Positions 53,074-62,237 of a stretch of DNA of 64,000 bases are shown here, piece after piece. The notes under the pieces are model-generated. The model was not told where the DNA came from. It was given only the letters and a program-made list of their open reading frames with translations, and ran no database searches. Position 1 is the stretch's first letter. Every line of letters begins with the position of its first letter. The stretch comes from Longimicrobiales bacterium (GTDB taxonomy: Bacteria > Gemmatimonadota > Gemmatimonadetes > Longimicrobiales > Gaopeijiaceae): assembly GCA_965202805.1 (NCBI GenBank), contig OZ241869.1, positions 2,272,001 to 2,336,000 on the forward strand. Reading direction: 5' to 3'. Position numbers and translations under genes: made by a program.

Positions 53074-53250
53074 CGCAACTGGCTAACGCAACCCTGACGT
53101 AACGTCAGTCTTGCAAAAGCCGCCCCGTTTGCATTGCAAAATAGGGCACAGTGATGTTGTTTTCCTGATCATAACACCGTTGCCAACTTGGACTCGACGG
53201 CATAGCATACAAGAGATCCATCTCCATCATGCCTTGCTCGCCCCGATGAC

Positions 53251-54591
53251 ATGCAACGTGATTTCGAAGACTCCAGGTACTCTGAACCCGCCGGCGGCGA
53301 GGAAACCCTGGCGTCCCGCGCCAGGGGGGAGGCCGGCCCTGGAAGCTACCGGCCACGGATCGCGGATCGAGAACTGAGTGCGCGCCTGGCATCGGCGGGG
53401 GCGGTGGTCGTCGAGGGCCCCAGAGCTTGTGGCAAGACATGGACCGCTCGCCAGATTGCGCGCAGCGAAGTGCTTCTCGATGTGGACGACGAAGCTCGCC
53501 GCCTGGCGAGGCTCGAGCCTGCCGAACTCCTGGCAGGTCGAACGCCCCGCCTGATCGACGAATGGCAGTTGGAGCCCCACCTCTGGAACCATGTGCGCCG
53601 GGCAGTGGACGATCGCCAGGCCAAGTCACAGTTCATCCTCACCGGTTCCGCGGTGCCACCTGATGCCATAACGCGCCATACCGGCGCGGGTCGTTTCAGC
53701 CGGCTGCGCCTGAGGCCCATGTCCCTGGCCGAACTGGGATACGCCACAGGCGCGATATCGCTGGGCGCCGCTCTCAGGGGTGAGCGCGTCAGAAGTCCGG
53801 CAGCTCACTTCTCCGCCCGTGAAGTGGCGGAGCTCCTCTGTGTCGGTGGCTGGCCGGGACACCTCCTCTCCCCGGCCAATGAAGCCCGGCTCGCCAACCG
53901 GGATTACCTGGCCAAAGTGTGCCGGGTCGATGTCGCCCGCGCCAACGGCGTGCGGCACGATCCCGAGAACGTGGACCGGGTGCTGCAGTCCCTGGCTCGC
54001 AACACTGCAACCTGCGCATCTCTCGCTACGATCGCGTCCGATGTCGCCGGACCCGATCCCCGGCCGGCCCACCGCACGGCTCGAAGCTATCTGACGGCCC
54101 TCGAGCGCCTCATGCTGGTGGAGGATCAGCCGCCCTGGGCACCCCACCTGCGTTCCCGCTCACGGCTCAGATCCGCGCCGAAGCGCCATTTCGTGGATCC
54201 GTCACTGGCGGTGGCTGCGCTGCGCGCGGACGCGGATCATCTGATGAAGGACATCGGCTGGTTCGGATTCCTGTTCGAATCGATGGTCGTGCGGGACCTG
54301 CGCGTTTATGCGCAGGCGGTCGACGCGCGGGTCTACCATTATCGGGACAACACCGGCCTGGAGGTGGATGCGATCGTCGACGCGGGCATGGGCCGCTGGT
54401 CGGCCTTCGAAGTCAAGCTGGGCACCACCCGCGTCGATGCGGCCGCCCGGACCCTCCTCAAGTTCGCGAACCGGGTGGACACGGATCGCTGTGGCAAGCC
54501 TTCCGCGCTGGGCGTCATCGTCCACAGCGGCTACGGGTACACGCGCAGTGACGGGGTGGCCGTGATCCCAATCGGAGCCCTTGGACCGTAA
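53251..54591 (+). CDS. AAA_14 ATPase + DUF4143 protein
   Basis: YRPRIAD, GPRACGKT, LIDEWQ, FILTGS, PKRHFVDPSL, GFLFES, EVD..FEVKLG. Confidence 0.9.
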   Translation: MQRDFEDSRYSEPAGGEETLASRARGEAGPGSYRPRIADRELSARLASAGAVVVEGPRACGKTWTARQIARSEVLLDVDDEARRLARLEPAELLAGRTPRLIDEWQLEPHLWNHVRRAVDDRQAKSQFILTGSAVPPDAITRHTGAGRFSRLRLRPMSLAELGYATGAISLGAALRGERVRSPAAHFSAREVAELLCVGGWPGHLLSPANEARLANRDYLAKVCRVDVARANGVRHDPENVDRVLQSLARNTATCASLATIASDVAGPDPRPAHRTARSYLTALERLMLVEDQPPWAPHLRSRSRLRSAPKRHFVDPSLAVAALRADADHLMKDIGWFGFLFESMVVRDLRVYAQAVDARVYHYRDNTGLEVDAIVDAGMGRWSAFEVKLGTTRVDAAARTLLKFANRVDTDRCGKPSALGVIVHSGYGYTRSDGVAVIPIGALGP

Positions 54592-54726
54592 CCGGCCAGG
54601 GGGGGTCGCGGCGCACCACCCTGAAGGGCGGACTGCACGCTCGTCCGTGTGCCGGATCGCTTGCGTCCGGCACGGGGACCGGATCAATTCCGGTTCCGCA
54701 CCGACATGCACCCGATGGAACGGTGA

Positions 54727-55875
54727 ATGGCGTCTCTCCACGATGAGCTGCGGGCCGGCGTCCGGTCGCTCTGCGCCCGCTTCGACAACGACTACTGGCG
54801 CGCCTCGGACGAAGCCCGCGCCTACCCGCACGAGTTCGTCGACGCGCTGACCGAGGCGGGCTACCTGGCGTGCCTCATCCCCGAGGAGTACGGGGGGATG
54901 GGGCTGGGCATCCGGGAAGCCAGCGTCATCCTGGAGGAGATCAATCGCTCCGGTGCGAACTCCGCCGCCTGTCACGCGCAGATGTACACGATGGGCACCG
55001 TGCTCCGGCACGGCTCGGAGGAGCAGAAGCGACGCTACCTCCCCGGCATCGCCGCCGGCGAACTCCGGCTGCAGGCCTTCGCGGTGACCGAACCCGACGC
55101 CGGCTCCGACACCACCCGCATCCGCACCTTCGCCGAGAGACGCGGGCGCCGGTATGTCGTCACGGGACAGAAGGTCTTCATCTCCCGCGTGCGCCAGTCC
55201 GATCTCATGATCCTGCTGGCGCGCACCACGCCGCTGGCCGAGGTGGAGAAGCGTACCGGCGGGCTCTCGGTGTTCATCGTGGACCTGCGCGATGCCGGCG
55301 ATGCCGTCCGCGCAAATCCCATCGACACCATGATCAATCACGAGAGCTGCGAGGTCTTCTTCGACGGCCTCGAGGTGCCGGCCGGGAATCGGATCGGAGA
55401 GGAGGGGCGCGGCTTCCGCTACATCATGTCGGGGATGAACGCGGAACGCATTCTGCTGGCTTCGGAGTCGGTGGGGGACGGGCTCTACTTCGTGGACCGG
55501 GCATCCGAGTACGCCCGCTCCCGGCGCGTCTTCGACCGGCCCATCGGAGCCAACCAGGGCGTGCAGTTCCCGATCGCCGACGCTTACATGGATGTGCGCG
55601 CGGCAGCTGCGGTGCGGGACGAGGCGGCGCGGGCCTTCGACGCGGGCGAGACCCGCGGAGAAGGTCCCAACATGGCCAAGTACCTGGCGTCGCGCGCGGC
55701 CTGGAAGGCGGCCAACACCGCCATGGACGCCTTCGGCGGCTGGGGAATGGCCGCCGAATACGGAATCGAGCGCAAGTTCCGCGAAGCCCGCCTGTACCTG
55801 ATCGCCCCGGTCGCGAACAACCTCGTGCTCAGCCATGTGGCCACGCATGTGCTGGGCATGCCGAGATCCTTCTAG
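54727..55875 (+). CDS. Acyl-CoA dehydrogenase
   Basis: IPEEYGGMG, AFAVTEPDAGSD, GQKVFIS, FDRPIGANQGVQFP, GGWGMAAEY. Confidence 0.93.
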   Translation: MASLHDELRAGVRSLCARFDNDYWRASDEARAYPHEFVDALTEAGYLACLIPEEYGGMGLGIREASVILEEINRSGANSAACHAQMYTMGTVLRHGSEEQKRRYLPGIAAGELRLQAFAVTEPDAGSDTTRIRTFAERRGRRYVVTGQKVFISRVRQSDLMILLARTTPLAEVEKRTGGLSVFIVDLRDAGDAVRANPIDTMINHESCEVFFDGLEVPAGNRIGEEGRGFRYIMSGMNAERILLASESVGDGLYFVDRASEYARSRRVFDRPIGANQGVQFPIADAYMDVRAAAAVRDEAARAFDAGETRGEGPNMAKYLASRAAWKAANTAMDAFGGWGMAAEYGIERKFREARLYLIAPVANNLVLSHVATHVLGMPRSF

Positions 55876-55887
55876 GGGCGGCGAACG

Positions 55888-56808
55888 ATGAATGACGGGG
55901 CACGTTCAGCGGAAGGGGCGGGGGCGGCCGGGCACTCCCATGCGCGGCTGGGCTGCCGTTCGATCCTGTTCGTTCCGGGATACCGTCCGGACCGCTTCGG
56001 CAAGGCGCTGGCGGCCGGGGCGGACGCCGTGTGCATCGACCTGGAGGACGCGGTGCCTCCGCCTCGGAAGGTGGTGGCGCGTGAAGCGGCCGTGCGGTTC
56101 CTGGCAGAGCGGCGGGCCGAGGGGCCCCGGAACGCCGCCGGCCCGCCCCACCTCATCATTCGCATCAACGACCCCGAGACGGACCTGGGACGAGCGGACG
56201 CGGAAGCGCTCGGCGGCACTCGCCAGCCCGACGCGTTCATGATCCCCAAGGTCAGGACCGCTGCCGGGCTGCGCCGCGCGGCCCGGCTTCTCAGCGACGG
56301 TGCGCCGCTCTTTGCCCTCATCGAGACGGCGCTCGGACTGGAAAACGCGGTCGCCATCGGGCAGGCGTCACCAGCCGTCGCCGGGCTGGTTTTCGGCGGC
56401 TTCGATCTGGCCATCGAGTTGCGCGCCGACCCCAGTTGGGAACCGCTGCTCTACGCGCGCTCGCGCGTGGTCCATGCCGCCGCGCTGAGCGGACTCGACG
56501 CCATCGACATGCCGTCCGTCGATTTCGGTGAGATGAGCGGCCTGCGCGAGGAGGCCGGCAGGGTCCGTCTCCTGGGATTTGCCGGAAAGATGGCCATCCA
56601 TCCGGCGCAGCTTCCGGTCATCCACGAGGTGTTTACCCCGTCGGAGCTTGAGGTCGAGCGAGCCCGCCGCATTCTGGACGCCGACAGGGAGGCCGGAGGC
56701 GGCGCGGTCGCACTTGAGGGCCGCATGGTGGACCGGCCGGTCGCCGAGGTGGCGAGGCGCGTGCTGGCCCGGGCGCGCGCGGCCGCCGACCGGGGCGCGG
56801 CCAGGTGA
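55888..56808 (+). CDS. CitE/HpcH family CoA ester lyase (citramalyl-CoA lyase-like)
   Basis: SILFVPG, IDLEDAV, LIETALG, GKMAIHPAQ, GRMVDRP. Confidence 0.9.
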   Translation: MNDGARSAEGAGAAGHSHARLGCRSILFVPGYRPDRFGKALAAGADAVCIDLEDAVPPPRKVVAREAAVRFLAERRAEGPRNAAGPPHLIIRINDPETDLGRADAEALGGTRQPDAFMIPKVRTAAGLRRAARLLSDGAPLFALIETALGLENAVAIGQASPAVAGLVFGGFDLAIELRADPSWEPLLYARSRVVHAAALSGLDAIDMPSVDFGEMSGLREEAGRVRLLGFAGKMAIHPAQLPVIHEVFTPSELEVERARRILDADREAGGGAVALEGRMVDRPVAEVARRVLARARAAADRGAAR

Positions 56809-56857
56809 GGGACACATCCATCCCGGTCCGGGACCGCATCAACCGCGGAGTGTGCGC

Positions 56858-57844
56858 GTGAGCAACGCACCGAACCCGGCCGGGAAGCCCCCGCACACCA
56901 GGGTCCGCACGGATGGGCTGACGCCCGGGCCCGCCCAGGCCATGCTCGGTCTGCTCGACCGCGATCCGCTGGGCATCGCGGAGGGCGACACCCTCCCGCT
57001 GGGATGGCACTGGCTCTACTTCAGACAGCCCCGCCGCGCTTCCCGCCTAGCGCGCGACGGACACGAGGTGCGCGGGGACTTCATGCCCGACGTCGACCTG
57101 CCCCGCCGCATGTGGGCGGGGGGAACGCTCCGGTCGCTCCATCCGGTTTCGCTCGGTGAGTCGGCGCAACTCAGGTCGAGGATCGTGAGCGTCGCCGAGA
57201 AGCACGGTAGGAGCGGCCGGCTCGTATTCGTGACCGTGGGCCACGCGGTCCTGCAGGGGGATCGCCGGTGCGTGGAGGAGGAGCAGGTGATCGTCTACCG
57301 GGAACCCGCGCCGCGCGCGGCCGCTGCGACCACCGGGCAGAAGTCCGCCCCGCAGAAGGCCACAACGTCCGGCCAGGGCGGCGGCGCAGCCCATCCGGCG
57401 GGCGCGGACGGGGTGGCGAGCAGCGGCGGCGGGGACGCGAGAGGGACCCGCAAGTCCGGTGGCCGCCGCGAACCCGCGCCGGAATGGTCCGAGACCTTCC
57501 TCCCCACCACGGTCACCCTCTTCCAGTTCTCGGCCCTGACCTACAACGGCCACCGCATCCACTACGACCATCCCTACGTCACGCAGCAGGAAGGCTATCC
57601 CGGCCTCCTGGTGCACGGGCCGCTGACCGCGCTTCTCCTCCTGGATGCCGCCCAGCGATACGCACCCGCCCCGGTGTCGTGCTTCCGCTACCGGGCGCTG
57701 GCACCGCTCTTCGTGGACCAGCCGATCACGCTCGCCGGCCAGGCGGCTCCGGCTCCTGCGGCCGAATCCGGATCGCCGAAAGAGCGCGTCGTTCAGGCGC
57801 TGGGGCCATCCGGCGCGGTGGCGATGCGCGGGTGGGTGAGCTGA
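56858..57844 (+). CDS. Double hot-dog hydratase (itaconyl-CoA/mesaconyl-C4-CoA hydratase-like)
   Basis: LPLGWHWLYF, PRRMWAGG, KHGRSGRLVFV, FSALTYNGHRIHYD, LLVHGPL. Confidence 0.85.
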   Translation: MSNAPNPAGKPPHTRVRTDGLTPGPAQAMLGLLDRDPLGIAEGDTLPLGWHWLYFRQPRRASRLARDGHEVRGDFMPDVDLPRRMWAGGTLRSLHPVSLGESAQLRSRIVSVAEKHGRSGRLVFVTVGHAVLQGDRRCVEEEQVIVYREPAPRAAAATTGQKSAPQKATTSGQGGGAAHPAGADGVASSGGGDARGTRKSGGRREPAPEWSETFLPTTVTLFQFSALTYNGHRIHYDHPYVTQQEGYPGLLVHGPLTALLLLDAAQRYAPAPVSCFRYRALAPLFVDQPITLAGQAAPAPAAESGSPKERVVQALGPSGAVAMRGWVS

Positions 57845-57853
57845 CAGGCATCG

Positions 57854-58810
57854 TCAGCTCCCGGCTACCTCCTTCGCCCGTGCGATCAGCGCCTCGGCGG
57901 AGTCGCACTCAATGACCGCATCGGCGACGGCCTCGATGCGGGCGGGGTCGGAAATGCCTTCGAGGATCGGGCGCAGCCGCGCCTCGGCGCCGATTCCAAA
58001 CCTGCGGCCGACCAAGCGGTGCACCAGCCGCCGCTGTCCCTGGTCCACCTTCCCCTCTATCCACTGGTCAATGCGGTCGAGCATCGTCGTCATGTTCTCT
58101 CCCTTCGGAGACCCGGTCCAGATTCTTATTGGCGGTCCGGTCAAGCCGAGCCGGCGCCGCACGTCCAGGTTGATCCAGGCCTCCAGACGCGCCGCAAGCT
58201 CGGGCTCTCCCGACTGGTCCGCCCACTGCCCGAGCGCCCGCACCGCCTCGCCGAGGTCGCCCTCGGAGCTCGCCCGCTCGAATCTCGCCAGCGCGGCGAT
58301 CATGTTGTCGGTCGACATCCCGACCGGATCGAGCCGCTGCAGATCCACCAGAAGATACCGATGGCTCGGAACCACGCCAACCAGCGGATCGGGGACCGGG
58401 CCCATAAGCCCCCGGATGTCGGTGGGTGCGGTCCAGGGCCGGGCGCCGTTGTAGACCACGACGGGTATCGTGAGCGGGTACTCGCCCCGTGGACCGAGCG
58501 CGTCGCTTCCGAGCGCGTTCATGATGCGCACCCAGTAGTCCACCATGCGTAGCGCCATGCGCCGGTCCACAGTGGACTGGAATTCGAGCAGCACGAACAG
58601 ATAGACCCAGCCCTTCCCGGCGGCGTGGACGCGCCAGAGCATGTCGGCGTGGCGCTGGTCCAGGTGCTCGGTGACGAAGCTGGCGGGCAGCCGCTCCAGC
58701 GTGGCGAGGTCGAGATGGCGCGTGGCGCCCCGGACGAGCGCCCGCAGCGTGTCGGCCACCGCGCGCTTCTCGGCGAAGAAGCTCTTGTAGGCGGCGTCGT
58801 GTTTCGGCGC
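57854..58810 (-). CDS. Rpn family recombination-promoting nuclease / YhgA-like putative transposase
   Basis: PKHDAAYKSFF, LPASFV, DMLW, LLEFQSTVDRRMALRM, PVVVYNG..W; the canonical start codon appears lost. Confidence 0.85.
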   Translation of the reverse strand, partial: APKHDAAYKSFFAEKRAVADTLRALVRGATRHLDLATLERLPASFVTEHLDQRHADMLWRVHAAGKGWVYLFVLLEFQSTVDRRMALRMVDYWVRIMNALGSDALGPRGEYPLTIPVVVYNGARPWTAPTDIRGLMGPVPDPLVGVVPSHRYLLVDLQRLDPVGMSTDNMIAALARFERASSEGDLGEAVRALGQWADQSGEPELAARLEAWINLDVRRRLGLTGPPIRIWTGSPKGENMTTMLDRIDQWIEGKVDQGQRRLVHRLVGRRFGIGAEARLRPILEGISDPARIEAVADAVIECDSAEALIARAKEVAGS

Positions 58811-58878
58811 CTCCCACCGGCGCGGTCGCGGTGAGGGGGTGGATGACCTGACGGCCCCCGCGCGGGCTCTCCGCTACC

Positions 58879-59277
58879 TCATCCTCCCCGGGCCATCCCC
58901 ACCTGAACGATCCGGGGCTGATCCACCCCCGCGACCCCCACATACCGGAAGACCGCCGCGTCGAGTTCACGGGACCGGGGCTGCTGAACGACGACCGACT
59001 CGGTGCCCAGCAGGAGCGACGCGAACGGCGCCGCCTGGCTGTCAGCCCCGGGTTCGTCCGGAAACGTGAACTCCAGGTCGCCGCTCCCGAACACGATCCG
59101 TCCGTGCTCGTCGGTGACCCAGATCTCCGAGATCCCCGAATCGCGCGCGACCTGCGCGAGCGCGCCGTCGATCTCCTTCTTTCCCATCCCTGATCGGAGC
59201 GCGGCGTCAAGGTAGCGGGCCGCGAGCATTGCAGCGGCCACCATCGCCTTCTCCTGATCACTGCGGCCTTCAGCCAT
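58879..59277 (-). CDS. Stand-alone Cache/PAS-like sensor domain protein
   Basis: ISEIWVTDEHG, QAAPFASLL, FRYVGVAGVDQPRIVQVG; GGAG RBS. Confidence 0.6.
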   Translation of the reverse strand: MAEGRSDQEKAMVAAAMLAARYLDAALRSGMGKKEIDGALAQVARDSGISEIWVTDEHGRIVFGSGDLEFTFPDEPGADSQAAPFASLLLGTESVVVQQPRSRELDAAVFRYVGVAGVDQPRIVQVGMARGG

Positions 59278-59425
59278 GGATCGATCTCCAGTAGTCGGTG
59301 GTGTGAGGGGAGCAAATGAGCATCCGCTGAAGTGCGTACGCCAACTTTGCATTGTCGAACGCCAGCTCTTGCACTGCAACCCTTCAAGATATCTATTGTA
59401 TATCCCTTTCGCAGAGGAGGACACC

Positions 59426-59665
59426 ATGGGTTCCCGCTCACACATCGCCAGGTGGGGGAGCAGCCTGGCCATCCGCATTCCCAAGCCGGTCGCAGAGCAA
59501 TGGGGCGTCCGCGAGGGTTCGAGGATCGAAATGGTGCCCCGGGGCGATCAGCTCGTGATGAGCAAGAGAGCCTATGATCTGACCGACTTGCTGGCCCGGA
59601 TGTCGCCGGAGACACTCCACGGCGAGATCGACACCGGACCCGCGCAGGGTAGAGAGGAGTGGTAG
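59426..59665 (+). CDS. mazE: AbrB/MazE antitoxin
   Basis: GAGGAGG RBS, RWGSSLAIRIPK, LTDLLA, HGEIDTGP..GREEW. Confidence 0.9.
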   Translation: MGSRSHIARWGSSLAIRIPKPVAEQWGVREGSRIEMVPRGDQLVMSKRAYDLTDLLARMSPETLHGEIDTGPAQGREEW

Positions 59666-60006
59666 AGGGTCCAAACCCGCCGGACACCGGGCACATCGTC
59701 TGGATGGCCTTCACGCCCCAGGCTGGTCACGAGCAGGCCGGGCGCCGTCCCGCGCTGGTGCTCAGCCCCGAGGAGTACAACAGCAGGAGTGGCCTGGCGC
59801 TTTTCTGTCCGATTACATCCAGCCGGAAGGGCTATCCGTTCGAAGTGGTGCTGCCGGCGACGGGCAGGGTCACCGGCGTAGTCCTGGCCGACCAGATCAA
59901 GAGCCTGGACTGGCGGGCCAGACGAGCTCGATTCGCGTGCAAGGCCCCATCAACGGCCGTCAGCGAAGTCCTGGCCAAGGTCTCGGTGCTTCTGGGCCAC
60001 CCGTAA
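59659..60006 (+). CDS. mazF: MazF endoribonuclease toxin
   Basis: FTPQAGHEQAGRRPALVLSP, CPITS..KGYPFEV, DQIKSLDWRAR. Confidence 0.93.
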   Translation: MVEGPNPPDTGHIVWMAFTPQAGHEQAGRRPALVLSPEEYNSRSGLALFCPITSSRKGYPFEVVLPATGRVTGVVLADQIKSLDWRARRARFACKAPSTAVSEVLAKVSVLLGHP

Positions 60007-60019
60007 GCATGTCACCCCC

Positions 60020-61360
60020 TCACTCCAGCCCCATCGCCAGCGCCACCCAGATGGCCACCATCCCGATCGCCACCAGCCCCAGGTAGAGCGGGAAGGTGTG
60101 GCGGATCCAGTCCTCGTAGCGGATCTTCGCCGACGCCAGGATCGCCATCAGCGCGCCGTTGGTGGGGGTCAGCAGCTCGCACAGCCCCGCCCCGTACTGG
60201 TACGCCAGCACGGTGACCTGGCGCGACATGCCGAGCAGGTCGGAGAGGGGCACCAGTACCGGCATGGTCAGCACCGCCTGCCCGCTCACGCTGGGGACGG
60301 GCACGTGGATCGCCACCTGGGCCGCCACCATCCCGAAGGCGGAAGCCAGCACGGGGAGGCCCTCCAGGGGCGTGAACAGCCCGTGCACGATGGTATCCAC
60401 CACCCGGCCGTCCTGGAGCACCACGTAGATCGCCCGTGCGAACCCGATCAGCAGGGCGGCGAAGGTCATCTCGCGGAAGCCGCGCAGGTAGGCCTCGGTC
60501 GTGCCGCCCAGGCGCAGCCCGGCCAGAAGGCCCACGATCACCCCCATGATGAAGAAGGCACCGGAGAGTTCGTTGAACCCCCAGCCCCATTGCGTCATCC
60601 CCACCACGGCCAGGACGAAGGTCGCTCCCACCAGGCCCAGGATCCCCCAGTCGGACGGGCGCATGCCCTCGGCCCCTTCTTCGGCCACCGCCTCGGCGGG
60701 TCCGCGCGTGCGCCGCGCATAGCGCATGGTCATCCCGACCCAGAAGGTCAGCGCGAGCAGCAGGAACACGATCCGGAACGCCGCGCCCGACGCCAGCGGC
60801 AGTTCGGCGAGCCGTTGCGCGATCTGCACCTGGAAGGGGTTGATGGGGCTGAAGGCGGAGCCCACGAACGCCGCACCCGCGCTCATCGCCACCGCGACCA
60901 TCGCGTTGAAGCCGATCCTGCGGGTGAGGATCAGCAGCACGGGGATCAGCGGGATGATCTCCTCCTGCAGGTTCTGGACGACACCGCCGACGGCGAAGGG
61001 GACCGACACCACCGGGATGATGAGCAGATCCCGCCCGTGCAGCGCCCGGGTCAGCGACGTCACTCCCCGCCGGAGCGCGCCGGTCGCGTCCACAACGGTG
61101 AAGGCGCCCCCGATCAGGAAGACGAGGAAGATGATCTCGGCCGCGTCCGCCATCCCGCGCGGCAGCGCAACCATGGCGTCGAACAGGTTCACCGGGTTGG
61201 GCTCCACCTCCTCGTAGGTGCCCGCGACCACCACGACGCGCCCGGTCGCCTCGTCGTCGCGGCGCTCGTACTCGCCGGCGGGGAGCAGGTAGCTGGCGGC
61301 CGCAGCGAGAATCACGCCGGCCATCAGCAGGACCAGTGGATGCGGAACCCGAAGCTTCAT
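60020..61360 (-). CDS. YfcC/DcuC-like membrane transporter
   Basis: PHPLVLL, LPAGEYER, PINPF, VPSVSGQAVLTMP, YQYGAG, PTNG; many TM segments. Confidence 0.88.
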   Translation of the reverse strand: MKLRVPHPLVLLMAGVILAAAASYLLPAGEYERRDDEATGRVVVVAGTYEEVEPNPVNLFDAMVALPRGMADAAEIIFLVFLIGGAFTVVDATGALRRGVTSLTRALHGRDLLIIPVVSVPFAVGGVVQNLQEEIIPLIPVLLILTRRIGFNAMVAVAMSAGAAFVGSAFSPINPFQVQIAQRLAELPLASGAAFRIVFLLLALTFWVGMTMRYARRTRGPAEAVAEEGAEGMRPSDWGILGLVGATFVLAVVGMTQWGWGFNELSGAFFIMGVIVGLLAGLRLGGTTEAYLRGFREMTFAALLIGFARAIYVVLQDGRVVDTIVHGLFTPLEGLPVLASAFGMVAAQVAIHVPVPSVSGQAVLTMPVLVPLSDLLGMSRQVTVLAYQYGAGLCELLTPTNGALMAILASAKIRYEDWIRHTFPLYLGLVAIGMVAIWVALAMGLE

Positions 61361-62085
61361 GGCGTCTGCCTCCTCTCCATCCACTGAACCAGCTCGGCCT
61401 GCGCGACGATCAGCACATGGCCCTGTCCCGGAAGGATCTCGAGCGTGACGTCCGCCCCGGCATCCCGCAGGCGCTCCGCCGTGGATTCCGAGCCGTCGAC
61501 CCAGCGGGTGTCGCCCTCGCCCACCATCATCCAGACGGACATCCCGGAGAGCGGCTCGAGCGACTCCTCGCCCGCGTAGCGGCCCGGCATGGCGATGATG
61601 CCTCCGACCCGGTCCGGCACCGCGAGCGCCGCGTGGAAGACCCCGATCCCGCCCGCGGACGCGCCCGTCATGACGATATCATCCGCCGCACCGGCGAAGT
61701 TCTCGTCGATCCAGCCCATCACGGCGGACATCACGGCTGCGGCATCCTCCTCCAGGCCCGGCCCGTAGGTCTCCACGCCGACGACCGCGTATCCCGCCGC
61801 CGGCGCCGCCTGGTCCCAGTAGGAGTCGATCAGCCCCAGCAGGAGGCTCGCGTCCCCCGCGCCCCACGGGAACGCCACTACGACGCCCCTGGGCGTGGCC
61901 TCCGGGCGCACGACGGCGATGCTCACGCCGGCCCCCGACTCCATCGGCAGCCGGATCCACTCCGGGCCCTGCGGCAGGTCGGGTCCGGCGCCGCCCTCGG
62001 CCGCGCAGGCGAGCGCGAGCGTCACCAGGGAGGCCGCAAGCGCACCGCCGGGAGGCACCGTCCGGGTCTGGCACGTTCTGGTCAT
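61357..62085 (-). CDS. Alpha/beta-hydrolase fold lipoprotein
   Basis: Lipobox ALAC, nucleophile elbow GASAG, GEGD, PGQGH. Confidence 0.75.
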   Translation of the reverse strand: MTRTCQTRTVPPGGALAASLVTLALACAAEGGAGPDLPQGPEWIRLPMESGAGVSIAVVRPEATPRGVVVAFPWGAGDASLLLGLIDSYWDQAAPAAGYAVVGVETYGPGLEEDAAAVMSAVMGWIDENFAGAADDIVMTGASAGGIGVFHAALAVPDRVGGIIAMPGRYAGEESLEPLSGMSVWMMVGEGDTRWVDGSESTAERLRDAGADVTLEILPGQGHVLIVAQAELVQWMERRQTP

Positions 62086-62237
62086 CGGTTTCCGCTTCCG
62101 CGCTGTTGTTCCGGGGTGCCCGGGGCGGTTGTTCCGGCGTGCCCGGGATGGCACCTCTGGAGATAGGGCGCGGGCAGCTTGCCGAGCAAGGTCGATCCAT
62201 GCGTCCCGCGACGCAGCCCGACGTTCCCGCGCTGCGC

